Assembly (NCBI GenBank): GCA_036507075.1
Contig: DASXQR010000148.1
Coordinates: forward strand, 1 to 42,993
DNA length: 42,993 nucleotides
Direction of reading: 5' to 3'
Source of the DNA: Acidobacteriota bacterium
GTDB lineage: Bacteria; Acidobacteriota; UBA6911; JACQSX01
The notes under the pieces were generated by a model, which was not told the origin of the DNA, did not search any database, and saw only the letters and a program-made list of their open reading frames with translations. Below, in pieces: positions 19,101 to 27,114 of this stretch (its first letter is position 1; each line of letters opens with the position of its first letter). The position numbers and the translations under genes are program-made.

Positions 19101-19598
19101 GAAATCCCTTTCGGCAGGGGAAGGCGTTTTGGAGCGAGCGCGCCGGGCGTAGTCAATAAAATCCTCGGCGGCTGGCAGATCAGCGGCGTAATCTCGCAGC
19201 AGTCGGGTGCTCCGCTCGGTTTTGGAAATGTGATTTTCACGGGAGACATCAAGAAAGTCGCATTGCACGGCTCTGCGCGGGACGTGGATCACTGGTTCAA
19301 CACGGACGGATTCAACCGCAACACCGCCGAACAATTGAGCCAGAATATCCGCACCTTCCCGCTGCGATTCGGCGGAATACGCGGAGACGGACAGTCACGG
19401 TGGGATTTTTCGGCGATCAAGAACTTTCCTATCCGCGAGCAGGTGGCATTTCAGCTCCGCGCCGAGGTGTACAACGCGCTCAATCATACAAATTTCGGCA
19501 ATCCTCAATTGGCTCCGACCAACTCCACGTTCGGTCAGATCACCAGCACAACTTCGGATGCCCGCAACTGGCAGTTTGCTTTGAAGGTGACGTTTTAG
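16131..19598 (+). CDS. TonB-dependent receptor (Oar-like, N-terminal carboxypeptidase-regulatory domain)
   Basis: AQDPRGTITGRVTDSTGSVVPGV...GNYRITSELPGFK; plug region LPL.AGNP..L..LTPG; NNLMPRIGLAY; C-terminal RNWQFALKVTF ending in Phe. Confidence 0.93.
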   Translation: MAVFTRVALVSLILTSILTSSIFAQDPRGTITGRVTDSTGSVVPGVEVRATKLDTGVAATAITNDSGAYALPFLLPGNYRITSELPGFKKYVRDGVQVRVSETVELNIQMEVGEVTESVIVTAETPLLDVSGSSLGQVIDQRRVLELPLLAGNPMELTLLTPGVINGTDMRLRKPAFNNGQSQIATDGNGLKNNEFQIDGVSNTFAEGGGAARVAFSPPTSSVKEFKMQTSPYDASIGHTIGAVVNVSTASGTNQVHGEAHYWARNSAFDAPNFFNNKNGTQVPVYQDNRYGASAGGPIYIPKLYKGKNRTFWYYTWEANKWGVPGTFTGTVPTAAQRRGDFSDLLKQGTRYQIYDPATIATAPGGRFSRQPFANNIIPANRLDPVGSKLVNLYPLPNRQGTADGRNNYFNTTKAIEDYYVHLGRVDHAFSETHRMFVRFHYDFWEEDKNDHFGNRVNALILNRINRGLAVDDVLVLRPTLVLNLRYGITSQDFPEHRASRGYDLASLGFSPALVGLVEKPLATIPRVNAGGYSTLAPWESGDGSNTSLTHSLSANFTKLQGSHNLKFGADLRVYRAFGNRFPQATAPDLNYPSLYTRGPFDNAATAPIGQELAAMLLGIPGGTMQTNASFAMQDKFLGLYLHDDFKWNDKLTLNLGLRYEIETPITERFDRLVAGFAYGASNPIEAAARANYARNPIPELAPENFRVLGGVTYLNAAGVGRSPFRGEKNNLMPRIGLAYKLTEQTILRAGYGIFYDTNGVNGTAPIQVGFSQSTPIQPSLDNGLTFIANNANPFPSGLLKPRGAAGGLTTNLGQDLNFYFRDLTQPYAQRWSFGVQQLLPYQFLVDMSYVGNRGTRLGVFRELNATTAKYLSTSPVRDQKTIDFLTAQFPSPFRGTDPIFGANIQRAGLLRAYPQFGNIQVEEPIGYSWYHSLQMRGERRFSQGYTFQLAYTWSKLMEALQFLNSTDPLPYEIIGGLDRTHRLAMSGIWEIPFGRGRRFGASAPGVVNKILGGWQISGVISQQSGAPLGFGNVIFTGDIKKVALHGSARDVDHWFNTDGFNRNTAEQLSQNIRTFPLRFGGIRGDGQSRWDFSAIKNFPIREQVAFQLRAEVYNALNHTNFGNPQLAPTNSTFGQITSTTSDARNWQFALKVTF

Positions 19599-19605
19599 CT
19601 GTATT

Positions 19606-19638
19606 GGGGACAGACTCTGGGAAAAGGGGTCTGTCCCC
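19606..19638. repeat. GGGGACAGAC/GTCTGTCCCC hairpin (REP-like or terminator stem)
   Basis: Perfect 10-bp inverted repeat with a 13-nt loop, 7 nt after the TBDR stop; no U-tract. Confidence 0.55.
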
Positions 19639-19658
19639 TCAGAATACCCGCCCCGTAA

Positions 19659-19786
19659 TTTGCCACGAAGGCACGAAGACACGAAGGCAAGATTCAGTTA
19701 GAAGTTTACCTCTGCTACAAACAGGATTGATTTAATAGAAGTGTCACTGCAAGGCGAAATCCAGTTCTTCGTGGCTTCGTGGCAAA
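19659..19786. repeat. Inverted-repeat hairpin element, (CACGAAGN)n family, copy 3
   Basis: tttgccacgaaggcacgaagacacgaag (26 nt identical to positions 1-26) and cttcgtggcttcgtggcaaa. Confidence 0.9.
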
Positions 19787-19876
19787 CTGGTTCCGTGGGC
19801 GGCTCTCTGACCGGAGGTATGATAACAACAGCGCCCGGGTGAGTTGCAACGATGGGGGGTTTGCAAACGGAAGGTA

Positions 19877-20386
19877 ATGTCACTAAGCATGACTCGAGAA
19901 AATCTGGACTTCATACCGGCATTCGATTTACCGCCGGATTATTTTTTGAGATGGTACCGTCCTGGAGATGAAAGGCATTGGGTTGAAATTCAGCGGCAGG
20001 CAGACCGTTATAATGCGATCACGCCCGATTTGTTCGAGCGGCAATTCGGAGCGAACAAGGACATGCTGCTCCAGCGCCAGTGTTTTTTGACTGATCGAAG
20101 CGGCGCGCCCATCGGCACGGCAACCGCCTGGTTCAATCCCGACTATCGCGGAAAACCGTACGGCCGCGTACACTGGGTCGCCATTGTTCCTGAGATGCAG
20201 GGTCGGGGTTTGTCGAAGCCCCTTCTGAGCGCGGTGTGCAATCGCTTGCGTCAACTGGGGCATCTGCGCGCTTATCTGACCACGGCGCCTCAGCGCACGC
20301 CCGCGATACACCTCTATTTGAAATTCGGTTTTCTTCCCGAGATAACCGGACCTGAGGACGCGGAAGTATGGTCCAGACTGATTTGA
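19877..20386 (+). CDS. GNAT family N-acetyltransferase
   Basis: VHWVAIVPEMQGRGLSKPLL acetyl-CoA motif A; PAIHLYLKFGF motif B; ATG 19877 preceded by GGAAGG. Confidence 0.88.
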   Translation: MSLSMTRENLDFIPAFDLPPDYFLRWYRPGDERHWVEIQRQADRYNAITPDLFERQFGANKDMLLQRQCFLTDRSGAPIGTATAWFNPDYRGKPYGRVHWVAIVPEMQGRGLSKPLLSAVCNRLRQLGHLRAYLTTAPQRTPAIHLYLKFGFLPEITGPEDAEVWSRLI

Positions 20387-20435
20387 ATTACGTAAGGATT
20401 TCTTGACCAAAAATTACCCTGCGACTGAGGTAAAG

Positions 20436-22727
20436 ATGCGAAATTGTGGCCGTTGGATTCGAGCAGTTCTGCTGTCACTACTTTTATTTGTGCTTTTGAT
20501 CTTTTCCGGCGCGGCCGGCCAGCCGCTCCAATGGGTCTCAAAGGGCGTGGGCGGAGGCGGGGCTCTCTTTTCACCAGGCTTCAGTCCAAACAATCCCGCT
20601 GAGATGTATGTGGCGTCCGACCTGGCTGCTCTTTTTCATTCGACAGATCTGGCATTGACCTGGTCGGTTGTCGATTTCAGACAGATCCAGGCGAATCGTG
20701 GCTGCAATGTACAATTCACCAGCGACCCGTCGATCCTCTATTGCCTGAATTTCAAACAAGACGCGAGGGTTCCCTACAAGAGCGCCGATGGCGGGTCCTC
20801 CTGGAACCGCCTGGCGAGCGATCCTACAAACGGTGAAGCCTACAGCCTGTTTGTGGACCCGGTAAATCCGAGGCGCGTTGTAATCTCCGACTTCACCCGT
20901 GTTTTCTTTTCCAATGACGGCGGATCCTCTTTCTCGCTCAAGTATCAGACGGCTGACCAAAGCGCCGGAATTCATCTTGGAGGAGCCTTTTTTGACCTGG
21001 ACAATATATTCGTGGGCAGCAGCAAAGGGTTGCTGGTCTCTCCAAACGGCGGAATGAACTTCTTCCTTGCTGATAACGGAGGAATTCCCGGCGGCGAGTC
21101 AATCTTTTCATTTGCCGGGGCAAAGCAGAACGGCATCGTGCGTCTCTACGCCGTAACCCTCTTGGCGCCCAGCGTGTTTGCCGGAGTCTTGATTGAAAGC
21201 GAGTCGACCGCCTACAAAGGAATCTACTCGCTCGACTGGGGACAGGCAAACTGGATTTCCAGGGGAAGCGGTATACCCGCAAATCACTTCCCCAGTTTTG
21301 TAGCGGCCGCATCAAGCAATATCTCGACTGTGTACGTCGCGGGCGGCGACGATCGGGAGTTTCCCGTGATTTATAAGAGCGTGAATGGGGGAGCTGCCTG
21401 GCAGAGCGTGCTGCTGACTTCAAACAATCAGAATGTCTTTACCGGCTGGGCGGGAACGGGCGGCGACCGCGATTGGTCCTATGGCGGCGCAGCTCTGGGG
21501 TTGGCGGTTGCTCCCAACGACCCGAACAGAGTGGCATATACCGACCTTGGCTTTGTGCATTTGAGCACCGACGGCGGGGCCAGTTGGAGACAGGCATACG
21601 TGCAGAGCGCGGACCAGAATCCCAGGGGTGCTCCCATCCCGAAAGGAAAGAGCTATCACGGCAACGGAATGGAAAATACCAGTTGCTGGTGGCTTACCTG
21701 GTCGGATCCTTCGAACTTTTTCGCTTCCTTCACAGACATCCGCGGCATTCGCACGATTGATGCCGGAAACTCATGGTCATTCCAGTACTCTGGTCACACA
21801 CTCAACACCATGTACCAGGCAATCAGGCATCCGGAAAGCGGAGTCCTGTACGCCGCCACGTCGTCGGTTCACGATATCTACCAGAGCACGTATTTGATGG
21901 ACAGCAGGATTGACGGCGCGCCGAATCGTGCCGGAAGAGTGTTGTTCTCCACGGACAAAGGCGCAACCTGGCAGGTATTGCACGATTTTGGTTTCCCGGT
22001 AATCTGGGTGGCAGCCGATCCCAACCGTTCCAACCGACTTTACGCCAGCGTGATTCATAACGGTGAAGGAGGAATCTACGTATCAAATGACATCAACAGC
22101 GGCGGAGTCTCGAGCTGGCGCAAGCTGGCCAATCCTCCGCGCACCGAGGGACATCCATTTAACATTGTCGTGCTCAACGATGGCAACATTGTCGCCACGT
22201 ATTCGGGAAGGAGAGCAGGAGATCCGCTGAACTTCACTGCCAGTTCCGGTGTGTTCGTAAGCGGCGACGACGGAGCCACGTGGTCAGACCGCAGCGCACC
22301 GGGAATGCTCTACTGGACCAAGGACATCACTATTAATCCGCACGATGGTGGTCAGAATACCTGGTATGCGGCCGTGTTCAGCGGTTGGGGCGGGCCGTCG
22401 AACGGCCTGGGTGGACTTTACAAAACACAAAACCGCGGGCTTATTTGGAGCCGGGTTTTTGCGTCCGATCGTGTGGAATCCTGCACCATTAACCCCAAAG
22501 ACCCCAATGAGATGTACTTGACCACAGAGCAGCAGGGGCTCTGGTACACGGGCAATCTCACTTCAAGTTTTCCCGCCTTTACCGAAGTCGCGTCCTATCC
22601 GTTTCTGCATCCGGTTCGAGTTTTTTACAGCCCCGTCAACAACAACGAGATCTGGGTCACGAGCTTTGGGAACGGCTTGCGAGCCGGGGGCCAGGGCGTA
22701 ATCACCCGCCTCCGCCGACGGCCGTGA
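20436..22727 (+). CDS. Secreted BNR/Asp-box repeat beta-propeller protein (sialidase/VPS10/GH74-like fold)
   Basis: Signal peptide; many SxDGGxxW Asp-boxes (SADGGSSW, SNDGGSSF, STDGGASW, STDKGATW, SGDDGATW); ATG 20436 after GAGGT. Confidence 0.8.
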   Translation: MRNCGRWIRAVLLSLLLFVLLIFSGAAGQPLQWVSKGVGGGGALFSPGFSPNNPAEMYVASDLAALFHSTDLALTWSVVDFRQIQANRGCNVQFTSDPSILYCLNFKQDARVPYKSADGGSSWNRLASDPTNGEAYSLFVDPVNPRRVVISDFTRVFFSNDGGSSFSLKYQTADQSAGIHLGGAFFDLDNIFVGSSKGLLVSPNGGMNFFLADNGGIPGGESIFSFAGAKQNGIVRLYAVTLLAPSVFAGVLIESESTAYKGIYSLDWGQANWISRGSGIPANHFPSFVAAASSNISTVYVAGGDDREFPVIYKSVNGGAAWQSVLLTSNNQNVFTGWAGTGGDRDWSYGGAALGLAVAPNDPNRVAYTDLGFVHLSTDGGASWRQAYVQSADQNPRGAPIPKGKSYHGNGMENTSCWWLTWSDPSNFFASFTDIRGIRTIDAGNSWSFQYSGHTLNTMYQAIRHPESGVLYAATSSVHDIYQSTYLMDSRIDGAPNRAGRVLFSTDKGATWQVLHDFGFPVIWVAADPNRSNRLYASVIHNGEGGIYVSNDINSGGVSSWRKLANPPRTEGHPFNIVVLNDGNIVATYSGRRAGDPLNFTASSGVFVSGDDGATWSDRSAPGMLYWTKDITINPHDGGQNTWYAAVFSGWGGPSNGLGGLYKTQNRGLIWSRVFASDRVESCTINPKDPNEMYLTTEQQGLWYTGNLTSSFPAFTEVASYPFLHPVRVFYSPVNNNEIWVTSFGNGLRAGGQGVITRLRRRP

Positions 22728-22732
22728 TCTCA

Positions 22733-22843
22733 AAGGCAGAAGGCAGAAGGCGGAAGGCAGACGGCGGAAGGCAGAAGGCGGAAGGCGGAAGAGCAGTGCA
22801 CGACAAATCTTGCTAAAGAGCAACAAGTTTCAACTTGCTGCAC
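22733..22843. repeat. One-armed (AAGGCRG)8 heptamer array fused to the right end of the GCCGCAACCAA-type element
   Basis: Eight 7-mer units at 22733-22788; aaatcttgctaaagagcaacaagtttcaacttg (22805-22837) aligns with 6831-6865. Confidence 0.75.
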
Positions 22844-22850
22844 ACAACAT

Positions 22851-25274
22851 TCAAAAGATCTGTATCGGATCTACGTCAATGCTGAATTTGCTGGTGTTTT
22901 GTTTGCCGGCTTCAAGGCGCTCCAGCGTCGATTCAAGGACTTCGTGGAGCAACCGGCGGCTTCCGGACTTAAGCAGGATTTGAAAGCGGTAGGCGCCTTT
23001 CAATTTTGCCAGCGCTGCTTCAGCCGGACCCAGCACGCGCAGGTTTCCTTCCACGTTCCGCTCCCGCAGGATATCATTAAGAGCATCTCCAAAGACGCTG
23101 GCCCGGCGGGAAGCCTTGTTCAAGTCAGGATCCTGGACCGAGACGTTCGCCAAGTACGAGAAAGGCGGATAGGAAAACAGGCGCCGATAACGGAGCTCCT
23201 GCCGGTAGAAATTCGGGTAATCCTGCAGACAGGCGTACCTGAGGGCGTAATGTCCCGGATAGTACGTCTGCACGATCACTTCGCCGGCAGTCTCTCCTCT
23301 TCCGGACCTTCCTGCGACTTGGGTAATAAGCTGGAAGGTGCGTTCGGCTGAACGGAAGTCCGGAATGCGCAAACCGGAATCCGCATTCAGCACCGCCACC
23401 AGCGTGACGTTTGGGAAGTCATGGCCCTTGGCAATCATCTGCGTTCCCACCAAAATCTGCGTTTCGCCCGAATCAAAGCGACGCAGAATCTTTTCATGCC
23501 CCCCCTTCAGCCGCGTTGAGTCGCGATCAAAGCGGTCCACTTTCGCATCCGGGAACAACTTTGCGACGATTTCCTGAATGCGTTCGGTTCCCTCGCCCAC
23601 CATGAAGAGATACTCTCCTTCACATTGAATGCAGTTTTTGGGTAGAGAACGCGAATAACCGCAGTAATGGCAACTTAGGCGGCGCCCGTCTTCGTGATAC
23701 GTGAGGCTGACACTGCACTGTTCGCAAGTCATCACATGGCCGCACGAGCGGCACAGCAGGATGGGCGCGTAGCCACGCCGGTTCAGCAAAACGATCACCT
23801 GTTCGCGCCGCGCCAGCCTGTTTCGGATAGCCCGCTTTGCCAATTCAGAGATCAGTGCGGCCTTGCCATGCTTCTGGAACTCGGAGCGCATATCCACGAC
23901 GTGCACGACCGGCATTGACCGGTTCTGAACACGCTCAACAATCGTGATGAAGTCGTGCTTTCCTGTTTCCGTCGCCTGAAAGAACGTTTCCAGCGATGGC
24001 GTGGCTGAGCCCATCACCACCACCGCATTTTCAAAACGGGCACGCACCAGCGCCGTGTCACGCCCGTGATACATCGGATTTTCTTCCTGCTTGTAGGAAC
24101 CGTCATGCTCTTCATCGATCACGATCAGCCCAAGCGAGCGCAACGGACAAAATACCGCCGACCGCGTCCCGATGACTACCCGGGCCTGGCCTCGACGAAT
24201 CCGCTGCCATTCGTCATGCCGCTCGCCGGCGGAAAGAGCGCTGTGAAGAATGGCCACGTTCTCTCCAAACCAGCTTCGAAAATTGCGCGCCAGGGCCGGT
24301 GTAAGCGCGATTTCCGGAACGAGCATGAGCGCGCTTTTGTCGAGCTTCAGCGCCTCGGAAATCGCGTTCAGATAAATCTCCGTTTTGCCGCTTCCGGTCA
24401 CGCCGTGAATCAGGAAACTTTGAAATGCTCCCGACTGCTGCGCCGCCTTTATGCGGTTGACGGCGGCTGCCTGGTCCGAAGTCAATGTCAGGAATTCGGT
24501 GCGTCTGGGGATTTCGGTCCTGAACGGGTCCCGCCGGATTACTTTGGCCTCGATGCGCAACCGCCTCTTCTTCTCCAGACTCTTTACGGTGGCCGGGGAA
24601 ATTCCGTGGCGAAGCAGTTCCGAGAGCCGAACCGGCAGCGCGATGCTGCGCAGCTTTTCCAGGGCGATCGATTGCTGCAGCGTAAGCTTGCTTTCTTCAG
24701 CCGGCGGCAGCAGATCAACAAACAGCGCCGTCTTGGCCGGCGACTTCTCCTCAAGCCATTCGCGTACCTGCACGATCCCCTCTTTTTCGAGCTGCTGGAT
24801 CTGCTGCCACAAGTTCGCTCTCCCCAGCTTGCGGGCCAGCGTCAAGAATCGAATCGGCCCTTTTTCCAGGACCGCAAGAAGTTGGTTTTGATCCAACAGC
24901 AAGGCCTTTTGGAGGGGCGGTTTCACCAGCGTGATTTCGTAATCGCCGCGAAAATTCAAGCCTGAGGGAAGCATGGAACGGAATACCTCTCCGGGCGAGG
25001 CAAGGTAGTATTCGGCCAGCCAGAAGCCGAGACGAAGTAAACCGGAATCGAGCAGCGGCTCAAAATCAAGCGCCTTTCGCACCGGACGAAGCAACTGTAG
25101 AGGAACATCGGTGGTGCGTGGAAAAGCGACCACGTAGCCGGTCAACAGTTTGCGGCCGAAAGGCACCAGCACCCGCATTCCCGGCTTGAGATCCAAATCG
25201 GGGCCGAACGTGTAGGTAAATGTTTTCCGGACAGGGGCCGCAACCGCCACCTCAACCAGACGCATATTTGCCAT
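22851..25274 (-). CDS. priA: Primosomal protein N' (replication restart helicase)
   Basis: GVTGSGKTE, LVPEIALT, IDEEHD.SYKQ, two Cys-rich Zn modules, GTQMIAKGHDFP, C-terminal IDVDP. Confidence 0.97.
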   Translation of the reverse strand: MANMRLVEVAVAAPVRKTFTYTFGPDLDLKPGMRVLVPFGRKLLTGYVVAFPRTTDVPLQLLRPVRKALDFEPLLDSGLLRLGFWLAEYYLASPGEVFRSMLPSGLNFRGDYEITLVKPPLQKALLLDQNQLLAVLEKGPIRFLTLARKLGRANLWQQIQQLEKEGIVQVREWLEEKSPAKTALFVDLLPPAEESKLTLQQSIALEKLRSIALPVRLSELLRHGISPATVKSLEKKRRLRIEAKVIRRDPFRTEIPRRTEFLTLTSDQAAAVNRIKAAQQSGAFQSFLIHGVTGSGKTEIYLNAISEALKLDKSALMLVPEIALTPALARNFRSWFGENVAILHSALSAGERHDEWQRIRRGQARVVIGTRSAVFCPLRSLGLIVIDEEHDGSYKQEENPMYHGRDTALVRARFENAVVVMGSATPSLETFFQATETGKHDFITIVERVQNRSMPVVHVVDMRSEFQKHGKAALISELAKRAIRNRLARREQVIVLLNRRGYAPILLCRSCGHVMTCEQCSVSLTYHEDGRRLSCHYCGYSRSLPKNCIQCEGEYLFMVGEGTERIQEIVAKLFPDAKVDRFDRDSTRLKGGHEKILRRFDSGETQILVGTQMIAKGHDFPNVTLVAVLNADSGLRIPDFRSAERTFQLITQVAGRSGRGETAGEVIVQTYYPGHYALRYACLQDYPNFYRQELRYRRLFSYPPFSYLANVSVQDPDLNKASRRASVFGDALNDILRERNVEGNLRVLGPAEAALAKLKGAYRFQILLKSGSRRLLHEVLESTLERLEAGKQNTSKFSIDVDPIQIF

Positions 25275-25287
25275 AGCGACAGGGTTA

Positions 25288-25490
25288 TGAAGGGGAATGA
25301 AGGGTGAGGAATGTGGAATGGGGAATGCGGAATGCGGAATGAGGAATGCGGATGACGGAATGGCGAATGTAGAGAGAGGAGTATGTCAAAACCTAATGTT
25401 CCCTAAGTCGAGATCAGAATCTCTACCTATTCCGCATTCCCCATTCCCCATTCCGCATTCCTCCCCCTTCACCCCCCTTCACCCCCCTTA
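25288..25490. repeat. Nested hairpin element: outer (TGAAGGGG..)n 9-10-mer arms, inner (GCGGAAT)n arms
   Basis: tgaaggggaatgaagggtga / cccccttcaccccccttcacccccctta enclose ggaatgcggaatgcggaat... / attccgcattccccattccccattccgcattcc; overlaps the udg stop codon. Confidence 0.85.
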
Positions 25491-26140
25491 CTCTTCAAAC
25501 CAAGCATGCCACGGATCGCTTTCATATCTTCCCAGACTTCCCGCTTGGCGGCGGGGTTTCGAAGAAGGTAAGAAGGATGAAAGGTGGGGATCACCTTGAT
25601 CCCGAACTTGTCAAAAAACTTGCCGCGCAGTTGAGAAATCGGCGTCTGCGTCTCCAGCAGCGTTTGAGCGGCAAACTTGCCAAGAGCGCAAATGATCTGC
25701 GGTTGAATAACTTCGATTTGCCGGAGCAAAAAAGGCTGGCATTTTTCTATCTCGTCCGGCTCCGGGTTGCGATTCTGCGGCGGCCGGCATTTGATCACGT
25801 TGGCAATATAAACCTGATCGCGTGTCAATCCGATCGATTCAATGATGCGAGTCAGCAACTGTCCCGCCTTGCCCACGAAGGGAACGCCCTGTTCGTCTTC
25901 ATCAGCTCCCGGTGCTTCACCCACGAACATCAAATCGGCGTTCAGGTTGCCTGTGCCGAAGACGATCTGCGTGCGATAACGATGCAGCTTGCAGCGGACA
26001 CAGTCTCCCAGCTCCTCGCGCACGCGCGCCATCAGGTCTGAGACATCGCACTCCTCCGGCGCCTGGGGCATGGCAGCCCGGATGTGGTCCACTCCGATCT
26101 CTTTGAAAAACTCCAGATATTGCTTCATCTCAGGTTTCAT
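25469..26140 (-). CDS. Uracil-DNA glycosylase family 4 (Fe-S)
   Basis: [39 protein letters not shown]...E...[13 protein letters not shown]. Confidence 0.95.
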   Translation of the reverse strand: MKPEMKQYLEFFKEIGVDHIRAAMPQAPEECDVSDLMARVREELGDCVRCKLHRYRTQIVFGTGNLNADLMFVGEAPGADEDEQGVPFVGKAGQLLTRIIESIGLTRDQVYIANVIKCRPPQNRNPEPDEIEKCQPFLLRQIEVIQPQIICALGKFAAQTLLETQTPISQLRGKFFDKFGIKVIPTFHPSYLLRNPAAKREVWEDMKAIRGMLGLKSKGGEGG

Positions 26141-26153
26141 TTCAGTGCGCCAG

Positions 26154-26209
26154 CCTTTGTGCCTTTATGGTGAATCAAAATCAACCACAAAGGCACGAAG
26201 GTCACAAAG
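26154..26209. repeat. Tail-to-head mini hairpin of the CACAAAG arm family
   Basis: ctttgtgcctttatggt, 12 nt, accacaaaggcacgaaggtcacaaag; fills the era-udg gap. Confidence 0.75.
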
Positions 26210-26211
26210 AA

Positions 26212-27114
26212 TCACCCCTCAATTCCAATCTGGTCCAGGAAGCGATCCATTTCCCGCCAGTTCTCAATGACTTTCACAAAAAGATCCAGGTACAGACGGC
26301 AGCCCAGCAGTCTTTCAATCTCCACTCGCGCCTTCGTTCCGATCTGCTTGATCCCTTCCCCGGCCCGTCCGATGATTATCTTCTTTTGTGATTCTTTCTC
26401 CACCACAATACTGGCAGCGATGCGCACCATGTTGCGCTGCCGGTCCGACTCGTCGAAGCGGTCGATTACCACGGCCACCGAATGAGGAATCTCCGCCCGC
26501 GTTCTGCGCAGTACCTGCTCCCGAATCAGTTCGGAGACAATAAACCGCTCGGAACGATCGGTCACCGTTTCCGAATCGAACATGGGCTCGGCTTGAGGCA
26601 AATACTCAAAAATCCCGGCCAGCAAGCGATCAACATTGTCCCCCTTTAGAGCCGAGATCGGAAACACCTCAGCATAGGCCCCCGTCTTCCAGTAAAAGTC
26701 AATCTGGGGCAAAAGACGCTGCTTGCTGACCAGATCGATTTTGTTGAGGATGAGGAATGCTTTCGGCCCGGCGGCTTTGACTTTCTCAATGGCCTTCTTT
26801 TCCCCGGAACCGAATGCGATCGCGGCGTCCACCATGTGAAGAAGCAGATCGGCTTCTCTCAGCGATTCATCCACCAGGTGTGCCATCCGCCGGTTCATCC
26901 GATAATAAGGACGATGAATCCCCGGCGTGTCAATGAACACAACCTGGCCCCGCTCTTCGGTCAGTATCCCGAGAATTCTATTGCGCGTGGTCTGGGGGCT
27001 GGATGAGACAATGGAAATCTTCTGTCCTACGAGAGTATTGAGCAGGGTGGATTTGCCGGAGTTCGGGCGACCCGCGATGCAGACATAGCCGCTGCGCGGG
27101 GCAAGCTTCTTCAC
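26212..27114 (-). CDS. era: GTPase Era
   Basis: GRPNSGKSTLLN, PQTTRNRI, DTPGIH, NKID, ELIRE, EIPHS, KH domain IIIGRAG. Confidence 0.97.
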   Translation of the reverse strand: MKKLAPRSGYVCIAGRPNSGKSTLLNTLVGQKISIVSSSPQTTRNRILGILTEERGQVVFIDTPGIHRPYYRMNRRMAHLVDESLREADLLLHMVDAAIAFGSGEKKAIEKVKAAGPKAFLILNKIDLVSKQRLLPQIDFYWKTGAYAEVFPISALKGDNVDRLLAGIFEYLPQAEPMFDSETVTDRSERFIVSELIREQVLRRTRAEIPHSVAVVIDRFDESDRQRNMVRIAASIVVEKESQKKIIIGRAGEGIKQIGTKARVEIERLLGCRLYLDLFVKVIENWREMDRFLDQIGIEG

